Part shown: positions 54,641-64,000 of the stretch, one piece after another
Numbering within the stretch: the stretch's first letter is position 1
Layout: every line of letters begins with the position of its first letter
Source of the DNA: Entomortierella parvispora E1425
Taxonomy: Eukaryota > Fungi > Mortierellomycota
Length of the DNA stretch: 64,000 bases
Assembly: GCA_020891255.1 (NCBI GenBank)
Contig: BQFW01000007.1
Location: forward strand, 1,798,001 to 1,862,000
Direction of reading: 5' to 3'
Notes under the pieces: generated by a model
What the model saw: only the letters and a program-made list of their open reading frames with translations
The model's database searches: none
What the model was told of the DNA's origin: nothing
Program-made: the position numbers and the translations under genes

Positions 54641-57071
54641 ATGAACTTCTTTGGAAAGAAAGCGGGAAAGTTGTTAGGGAATGTGATGAAGGGTAAAACA
54701 CGCCAACACATCTTTGGGCTACAGGAGAAGCGAGAAAGGAGAATTCTTTATCGACTTCTTGTTAGAGCCGCGATGAGCATCGGTTAATCTCGACGGATCT
54801 ACGTGTTCTTTGATTCCAATAGACTTTATCCCTCCACATCGGGAGCAGCAGCCGGGTCCTGGGCAACCACAGCTACAAGGAAATCAGCAGCACGACTTCT
54901 TTCAGCAGTAGGTCGCGCTCAAAAGGGACATTCTTGGACCAAACTCTTTAGAAAAGGATAATAAGGAACGGAGACCGCGCTAACACGAATCGGTGCAACA
55001 ATTAGACCCTTTGGTGCCCCACCCTTGCATGAAGGCTCCCATCCTCTAGAGGGAGGAGAGATCTATCATGACAGTCTACCCAAACCCGATGGCCAATTTG
55101 TAAACTTGGATGGAAGTCTTCAGTCTCTCAAACTCCCTGACGCGAACAACAACACAATCCCAGACTTTTCCCGAGTAGGATATCGACAAGGCCATGTCAA
55201 AATCCCTAATGTCCCTGTCCGAATCGTTCTCGACCCCTCCCCATATCCAGATGAGGATGACACTGCGAGGATCCAGACGGCCATTGACCAGGTCTCGACT
55301 TTACCTTTGGAGTCTACAGGTCCTGAAGGAGAGGGAGGCGCCGTCCGAGGTGCCGTCCTTTTAAAAGCAGGAGTCTACCGTTGTGCAGGAGCGCTCATCA
55401 TTCATTCATCAGGGGTGGTCCTGCGAGGGGAGGGCCAAGATGAATCTGGGACAATCTTGGTGGCTACCGGAGCGATCCAGAGGGATTTCTTGCTGGTCAA
55501 TGGCATGCTGACCTCAGATATGGGCAGCGTGGAGTTTCAACAGAGCCACGGTCGATCAAAGGAAATGATGCCAACCAATGGGTACGGGAGCAAAAAAGTC
55601 AATACCCAGACTCGATCGGACATGTATATCCCTGTAGGAGAGACGCAGCTTCCGGTGGAAAACACCGCCGGATTCCAGTTGGGAGGGCGTATTGTGGTAA
55701 GGCCCTTTTCTAGATTTTTTTTTTTTGTGCCATGGATACCAAATGGAGACTGGAACGTTGAAAATAGGGCCAGGGTTTGATCTAACTATTTTGCCATCTT
55801 TCCATCGTCCACTATTGTCCGGATTGATTAGATTGAGCGACCAGGATCGGACGACTGGCTGAATGATATTGGAATGGTGCACCTGCCACCTCGTCCCGAG
55901 AAAATACCCTCTGTTCCTTGGAAAAAAGACACGTTCACGTTCCGATTCGAGAGGACGGTGGTAGGGATCGACCCTGGATCTCAGTCGCTGATCTTGGACA
56001 TTCCCCTAGTGATGAGTCTGGATCCACGGTACCCACCGGCCAAGGTCTATGAGATCAATTACAAAGCGCCAATGATCTCCGACGTCGGTGTTGAAAACTT
56101 GCGGCTTTTGAGTGAATCGGATCCCATCGATGCTGAGGATGAGAGCCACGGCTGGTACGCCTTGGTCTTGGACAATGTCCTCCACGCCTGGGTCGCGGAT
56201 GTCACGACGATGCACTTTGTAAGTGGTATCTTTTGCTCAACTTGGTCGCGCTTCGTGACCATTCAGGACTGTCATGTTCTCTATCCAATCTCAAAACCCA
56301 AGGAAGGAGGACGTCGGTATCAGTTTAATCTGAGCGGCCAGATGGGCCTTGTGAAGCGATGCTTTACCAACAACGCACGACATGACTTTATTACTCTCGG
56401 ACGCGTGTGTGGTATGTTGAAACCTTCGTTCAGGGTCAATTAGATGATCTTTTATTCTGTTCTAACCAAGCATTCTCTTGCCTCCCCTCTCTCACTTCCC
56501 TCCCTCCTTTTCTCTCTCATTCTCTCTTTCTACTGTGCAGGTCCAAATGTGTTTGTCGATTCAACCGGTGTTGATGCCAATAACGACACTGGCCCTCACG
56601 AGCGATGGGCCATGGGAACTCTCTATGACAACATTACCTGCAATACCATCAATGTTCGACAGCGACTCTGGAAGGGCTCTGGTCAAGGCTGGGCTGGTAC
56701 TGAAGAAAAAAGATGACAGCTTGAAGATCCATTGTTTTAGTATTAACTCTCTAGGTTTTATTCTGATGCGCGTCCTTACTTTTTTCGACCTAGGCGCCTA
56801 TCAAGTTGTCTATAACTGCACGGCCTTGAGCCACAACAGCTGTTTCCAGGATGCCCCTGGGGCTACCAACTGGATTATTGGGTTTAAAGGAGGACAAACC
56901 AACGAGCCAGAGTTTGAAGCGAAAACAACTTTTGTCATGGCGGCCAATGCCTCAGTGGAACCCCGAAGTCTGTACTGGGCCCAATTGACGGCAAGAATGG
57001 GCGGAGATGCCGAGAGGGTCCAGCGCACTGTGGGGTCCTCAGCTAAGAACCAGTACCCACCTCGCCTTTGA
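54641..57071 (+). CDS. Right-handed beta-helix, pectate-lyase-3-like carbohydrate-active protein of bacterial type; no signal peptide
   Basis: Spliced start MNFFGKKAGKLLGNVMK|DFIPP..|QPFG. Motifs: PDFSRVGY, DDTARIQTAID, RGAVLLKAGVY, SGVVLRGEG, GPHERWAMGTLYDN, GSGQGWAG. About 7 exons. Confidence 0.8.
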
Positions 57072-60000
57072 GTTTCCGTCTAAGAACTACGATCCTTTCT
57101 AGAGAAGATAGTAAAGCCGAGCTTGAAGATTATTGCATATTTTTTTCCCGCTTGTTGAAGAGGAATAGAAGTTAAATGTCATCATTATCATGATCCTTGG
57201 CCGCCACGGATCGTCTTCTCTTCCAAGAGCTCGGCGTCTAAGAAGAAGTTCAACAGGAATGGAGAGAACCAACCCAGCGTGTCATCCAGTATGATGAAAA
57301 TAGAACTTCTGGAACGAAAACGACGACCTCTGCGGTTTGAACTGCTCATTGGTGACCTTGACTTTCCAACCTTCGTTGATGGGCGAGTTTCTTGACTTGA
57401 GATAATCCCTGAGAGCCAAAAAAAAAAAAAAAAAAAGAAAGAAAAAAAAAAAGAGCGTTCATAGGGCCTTTGACTTTTGAGTTGAGTAGCCCTCTTTCAG
57501 CACAATAGAAGAGGATGGTTTGGAATTGCAGGGGGCACAAGAGCATGTTCATGATTCGGCAACTCTCTTTGTGTAAATGGGGTTCTGGGGCACAAAAAGA
57601 ATAATCGTCGTCATCGGGGAGGAAGACGGGCGCAAAAAAAAAAAAAAAAAAAAAACCTATGTCTAATTGACTGACCTCGATTGCTGGCCAGAAGTAGCCT
57701 CCAGTTCTGGCTCTTCTGCGACCAGTGCATGAAGGTTTACCCTCCTTCAAACCGAGCGTTACACAGCGTCCCCCGCATGTGCCTCTCACTGTCCTCACAA
57801 ATAATGACGCTGGTTGTGCAACTAAAGAGTTAAAAGGTCAGTTTTTTTTCAGTGTTCGCTTTGTTACTTTTCTCTGAATAGAAGGTGAAGGGACATGATG
57901 TGGGTAAATGGAATGTGACCCTGACCATCCCGATGATTGGGATCTCGCCATCGCTGGTTGTTGGATTTCTACTCTCCCCCTTTTCTCTTACCCGAGAATA
58001 AAGAAACAAGGGTGGTGATTGTGGTGTACCGACAACAGTTCATCCACTTTGAAGATTACCGCACTAGAGTACTAGAGAAAATAAAAGAAGAGTATAGAGT
58101 GCACGCAAGTTATTGTTCATCCATTCTTTGTCGTGTTCTCTTCATTTGCCAATGACGACTTCGTGACCGAATGTATCTTCCTGTCCCTCCGTTCATATGA
58201 TAGGGGATTGCCGACAGGGTGATCGCCCTTTACTATCGCCAGTATTGCCATGGCGGCAAACGGGTCTTGGAGTCAGTGTCCATCAATGGAAGGGACATAC
58301 AGCAGCATCGAGGCTATGAGGGGAAGGATGTGAGGGTCAGACTGGGAGTCTTTTTGCCCATCAGATCAGGCTTTTGCATCCCAGTACTCCGCGATTGCGG
58401 ACAATGGCAATTGAGGGCCGGAATGGCTAAAAATGATAATCTGACCCAAGGTTGGGAAATCGTGATTTCACCCATCTTTCTCTCGCATCAAACAGTGGTG
58501 TGAGTCTATGGTTGTAAAAACACAGCATCGCTCGCTCGTTCTCCCAGGCAAAGATTCTGTCCAGGGAAGTTAGTGCCAGATGACAAGGAACAACGCGTGA
58601 GAATATGAAAGAGGTCCCGGATCTCCTCTGGTCAGGGCGACAAACAGTGGCAACCCTAAACGCCGATTTTATTGAAAGAAAAAGGTTTCTTTTTTTTTCT
58701 TTTTTTTTTCCTTGCAGGTCAACGCCCTCGTGTGCATCAACCGACCATGACGAAAAGCTGTTTCTTGTGTCCCCGATGTTGTTTGTTGTGGGGAGAAAGA
58801 TCCACCCAAAGAGCGAAATAGAGTCTGATGGGTCGTCTACAGATAAGCAGACAGAGGATGGATAGGATGAGATGAATAGATGGGGTGCATGCGACATGAC
58901 GCTGATCCGGTTCTGGAACTGGGTCAAAGACGCGGGGAGAAGGGCTGAAGAGAAGAAGGAAGTTTGACAGGGAACTGTCAGGTCTTTGCCTATCCCTTCC
59001 CTCCTCGTCTTGTTTTTAAAAGGCACCGTCCATTGTTTGTTTGTGCTCGTTTTTTCGGAAAACAACAACCCTCATTGAGAGTGCTCCAATCTTCCTTTTG
59101 GAGTGTGCTTACCTCTCCGACTCTACGCCGCACAACAAATAGGAAATTGATTGAGAATGGGAAAACCAGGGGTGGGACCCCATTATCGTAAGAATATACT
59201 TGACCACATCTTCCTTCTCCCTGTTTTTGTTCGTCACGCCCTTTGTCAACTGATGGTCCAATGATGATGGTGATTATGATGATGGTGATGATGCGTTTTT
59301 TTGTCGTCATCCTTCCAAGAGGGATTATTTTTTCCTGTTCTTGTTCCTGTTTGCTTTCTCTTATCGTATCGCTCATCCATAGCACGAACAGAGTAACGCA
59401 ACTTGCATCGAATCTCGGAAAGTAACGTCTCTTTTGGTGGAGGCAAATTGCATGAAAAAGCCTCAACAAAAAACACGCCATTCGCCGCTATTATTTTTCT
59501 CACAATCATCGGTGAGAACGGCTACGGACATATACATACACAAAGACAAAGATGCTTTAGACATGGGGTCAGCAGCAGGATCATAGGTGGTGAGGAATCA
59601 TCTCCACTCCGGTGGGCGGATCAAAGAATGGGTTAGACCGAAAAATCCGTTTTAGACTGGTTTTTTTTTTGGCCTCTCTCTCTCTCTGTGGCGAAAAAAA
59701 AGAATGGGTCAAGGAGTTTGCTCCGCACCCTTTGAAATTGCATTTTGAGCCCCTTTCCATGCCTGCGGTGATTGCTCAAAAACCTGCCGAGTACTGTGGA
59801 TGAAGGAAGGGGGCGGACAGGTTTCTGATTGCCCTTATCGGCCATTTCCCCCCCTTCTTTTATGTTTGTCGACTGATATTCTGAAAAAAAAAAAAACACC
59901 CGTAGTCCATGCTTGCCTGCATTGTCTTTTCTGTGGAGTAATAAAATAACGTCCCTTGTAGCTAGTTCAAATACGCCGTGGAGAGAAAGAAAAAGAAAGG

Positions 60001-62377
60001 TAAAGCGGATCTTTTTTTTTTTAGGCTTGGTTCGTCTGTGGTAGCTCATGTCAAGGACGATCCTTTTCTTGAGAAAAAGGGTACATGTGCATTCCACACA
60101 AAGAAGCGCGATCGTTAGACTTGAAATGGGTTCCATGCAGTTTTAATAGTGTGTTGGTTCCTGAGACTTGACCCCAGGTACAGTACGTACATTAGCTGAT
60201 CGTCTCAACTCCGGACCCTCTTTCTCTGTTTTCGAAAAGTGATGGTCCGTCGATCACTTTGTCATTTTTCGTCCTCCGTTTGCATCTAAAAGTTTAATTG
60301 CCGTATAGGAACTCCATTTTTTTTTCTGTTGCCAAAGATTACCTCATGATGGACGTCCGTAGACTGAGAACCGGAAGAACTGGTTGTAGTCAGAAGGACT
60401 ACAGCTAGCCAAGCTCTTCGGGTCGAATCTGTGCGCTTTTTCCTAGAGGCAGGTACTGTGCCAAAAACAAGCTGCTCCTGGAATGTAGTCTCGAGTAGGT
60501 ACTAAAGACAGTGCTAGTAAGAGCGGATTGACCATCTACATACCCCTCTATCTATTCTGTCTTTTCTCCATCGCTCTTTTTTTCTGCCCTGTCTGTCATC
60601 TCAAATGAAAAAAAAAGACGCGACCGAATGGACAAGAGAGATCGCTGTTGTAGGGCGAAAAGGTTGTTGAGCTGAGCAAAAAAGTTAGTCCATTTTCCAT
60701 CATTATTGCCTTGCACATGTCCATGCAGGGTTGAGAGCATCATCCCCTCAAAAAACAAAAAATTCCTCAGAACCAGGGCTCGTAAACACGTCCGACCGTC
60801 CTTCCTGGGGGATATCCTAACCAGACCAAACTCAACCCGAACACTCGGATTGAAGAGAAGAATGAATGGGATGGATGAAGCTATGGATGAATTTACATTA
60901 AATGTGTGGTGCGATGTGAGCTGTGCTCAAGAACGACTTTAAAAAGTCCATCGTTTTCCTCAAAAGCAATTAAAGATGGGCAAAGTCGTCCGATTGTCTA
61001 CCAATGGACGAAGGGTAGAGGGTGGGGGATGGTTTTTTTTTACTTTGAGGTTCGGGTTGTTGCTTAAAAACAAGAGGTGGTTGTGCCACCTGCTCCAGCG
61101 AGAGCAGGAGCCAAGGTTTTATTGCAATTTGTGAAAAGGGACTAGTCTTCAACGTTGGGTGAGAGTGTGGACAGCTCACGTTCATTGTCAGGCGAGAAAG
61201 ATATGGAGATGGACAGAGTCAGAGAAAGAGGGTGAATGAGAACAAAAAAAAAAAAAAATAGAATTGTAAAGTGCAAGTGTAACGACAAAAGGGAATGAAG
61301 GACTGAATAGCCAGAATGAATGAGAGCGAAGGAGGGGTGAGAGATAGAGATAGAGGATGATAGAGCGAGTGAATGTGAATGGAGAGAAGGGGCAGGAAAA
61401 AAAGCTGTGTGCAAAAAGGGAAGGGGTGAATAGGAGAAGGCAAGGAATATGACGCAGTGCTCGGGTGGTGTCATCATCGCCGCACTCACGGCGATTGAAT
61501 GGGAGGTGAGTGAGTTTTGTATTCAAAGAGAGGCCCTCCGTCATCGGCGATCCAAGTGTCCAACGTCCAGTCCGTCTCACGGTAATGAATCCTAATTCAA
61601 TTCAATCGCACCTCACAGGACAGTCAGGTCAGGCAGTAGCAACACACGGGCACGGACTCGCCTTCCCTCTCCTCTCCTCTCTCTGCTCACTCAAGGGACC
61701 CCTCCATTCACAATGCCCCATCACCATCCGTCGACATGGAGATGTGCTCATCCCCTCCTCATCGAGCGGATGCGGCTCACAGTCGCGCTCAAACCCTAGT
61801 GTTCTTGCTCGCTGTTGACAGGTTGCGGTTGTTGTTGACAGGTTATTGTTGATTGTTGTCAGCTTGAAGAGAATGAACCTATCCTCATGGACCGACGGTG
61901 GCTATGTATGATTCAGTATTCTCTATTCTTTATCTTTTCATTCAGTCGTCCGTCAACACGACCACCGAGAACAAACATAAAATAAAAAAAATAAAAAAAA
62001 AAACTTATAAAGACGGCCCTTCTTCCTTGTTCTCACATTTCTCCCTTCTCTTCTTTCTTTTTCTTTTTCTTCTCCATTTATCATCAAAGACCTTCAACGA
62101 ACTTACGAACGAAAGAAAAGGATCTCTCGCGTACGCTCTACCTTCAACAACGAAAACGAAACATCGACGCATTACCCACAGGCGCTCCTCTTCCTCCTCC
62201 CGCACTTGCCCTCCTTTCCTTGCCGTGCCACGCCCGTCTAAACAGCACTATTTGTACGCTACTGCCCCTTCTCTTTAGTCCCAACAACACCTTCGTTTCT
62301 TTTTTCTTCTGTTTCCCTTCCCCGCCAAAACAAAAAAGATCCCCATTCACTTCACAGTCCAAAGTGATATCTTTGCC

Positions 62378-64000
62378 ATGCTCTCCGTCTATAGTCCGCT
62401 GCAACACGAACCCACATCCTCGTTCCCTTTCTACCCAGAGATGCGCTCCAGCCTCAGTTCACAGCCATCCTCATCCTTCCAATACAGCTCATCCCAAGAC
62501 ACCCAGCCCATTTCCTCCTCCTCCTCCAGACTATCCTCTTCCCCTGTAACAGCCCCATCTTCAACCAACCAAAGCAGAGGAGGAGCCGAGAACTCTTCCA
62601 TTAAGACTGGTACGAGTTGTTGACAAGACAGCCCTCATATTTTCGTCTTTAGCCTCTCTCCTCGAATTGGCCACAGAGGATCCATTTGGCTAACTAGCGT
62701 CCTAAACATCCTGTCCATAGAAACTATGATGCCCTCCCAGCCTTCAGTAGGGGCTCAACCACAAACATTCGCCAGTCCTTTCTATTCTTCTGCAGAGCTC
62801 AGCAGTTCTACAAAGAGCGCACAGTACGTCTCGCCACCTTACACTACCAACAACCGCCTCACCATCCACGACCGCAGGCAGTCCATGATGGCTGGCCGGA
62901 GTAAGGTGCAGATGCACACGCCACCAAACTCAAACCCTCGGCCAAGTCTCGACTACTCTGCTCAAAACACCACTTCATCGTTGACAGAGGAGCTCCAGAA
63001 TCAACCAGAACAACCCGCTGGATCGTGGGATCAGAGTCAAACAGCCTATACCCCTGCTCAGCCCAACTTGCCTTCACTTGCAGAGGCTATTCAAGGGGTT
63101 GCTCCCGAGGCACCACAGCCCGCCGCATTGTCACCACCAACCCAACAGACTGCCACTCTTGCAATGGATGCTGTTGTAGCCTCCCCTCCCAACTTTTACG
63201 GCTCGACATCTTATTTGGACATGCAGGCGCCAGCCAGTGTCTATCCTACGCAAGAACAATACGACAACGACGCGGCCAGAATGCAAGATCATAACCAGAA
63301 TCCTGTTCAAACCATGATGACGCAAGAGAGCAGCGGCTATGATCGACGCGTCTCCTACCCATTTGCAAACTCGCTTCAGACGGCTCCGGAATTGATGGCG
63401 GCTAGCGTGATCCCAGAGCCATCAAATTCCGGTTCACTTCATAGCTCCAGTGCCTTTGCGCACGGCGGCTTGGTCGGCACAGCGGTGCATGATATGGCTC
63501 ACACACAACCGTCCATCGCGCAGGCATACATGGATTCGATGACGCTGCAATCACACGCTCAGCAACCATCGAGCATGGGTCACTCCCAGCCTTCGACTTG
63601 GTCTCAAGATGGAGAGATGGCCAGCACAGATGGCAGTGTGAACGGTAGCAAGGTCTATTCCTTTGTACCGCTTTCGGGTGTGAATTCAAAGAAGCGCCCT
63701 CGTCGCCGTTTTGATGAGATTGAGCGTCTCTACGTTTGCAACTGGGGCGACTGCGAGAAGAGTTACGGCACTCTGAACCATCTTAATGCCCACGTCAACA
63801 TGCAAAAGCACGGACCCAAGCGACTTCCTGCAGGTAGAGTGACAGAGCGACAATCGCCTAGGAAAATCTTTCCTTTTTTGCCCTTGTTTCTCCTATGATT
63901 CGACAAATGTGCTCACCACGTATTCTTTTTGTTTGTAGAGTTCAAAGAGCTCCGGAAGGCATGGCGAAGACATAAGCGCGCAGAGGAGGAAGCAGCGAAG
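62378..64000 (+). CDS. CON7: C2H2 zinc-finger transcription factor of the Con7 family (runs off the window end)
   Basis: YSFVPLSGVNSKKRPRRRFDEIERLYVCNWGDCEKSYGTLNHLNAHVNMQKHGPKRLPA|EFKELRKAWRRHK matches the Con7-type signature. The N-terminus is S/P/Q-rich. Confidence 0.85.

Noticed and set aside
57170-57800. Possible small spliced gene on the minus strand (GTCAGT donor, poly-T acceptors)
   Set aside because: No exon combination I tried gave a recognisable or convincingly long product.

Overview
This is a gene-dense, intron-rich fungal genomic window. GT-AG introns with CTAAC/CTGAC branch sites and long poly-T/A tracts, plus the gene content, suggest an early-diverging fungus such as Mortierellaceae (inference). 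Host genes, read manually across introns: VPS26 (partial), a Pff1-like M28 peptidase, SNU23/ZMAT2, an NPF/CDK-site-rich disordered protein, an A1 aspartic protease, two tandem GDXG esterases, a small secreted Cys-rich protein plus a decayed inverted paralog, a Zn2Cys6 transcription factor, a 1.4-kaa RS-rich protein with a degenerate homeodomain, TOM7, an EngB GTPase, a coiled-coil orphan, verprolin, SEC11, an ABZ2-like enzyme, G6PD, PRP6, a small RRNAI-motif protein, a bacterial-type beta-helix protein and a Con7-type C2H2 factor (partial). The standout is a 7,037-bp insertion (33846-40882) between the divergent verprolin and SEC11 genes. It is bounded by a perfect 9-bp direct repeat (CCTTGGTCG) and imperfect terminal inverted repeats. 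It encodes one spliced, in-frame protein of at least about 1,700 aa that joins an XPG/FEN1-type PIN nuclease to a Fanzor1/TnpB-type RuvC-zinc-finger module with an intact D/E/D triad. No transposase is recognisable. A 522-bp ORF-less 'ghost' copy (49854-50375, inverted) keeps only the two ends, which marks the boundaries and a candidate omegaRNA scaffold. All alignments and motif calls were made by eye; no database search was run.
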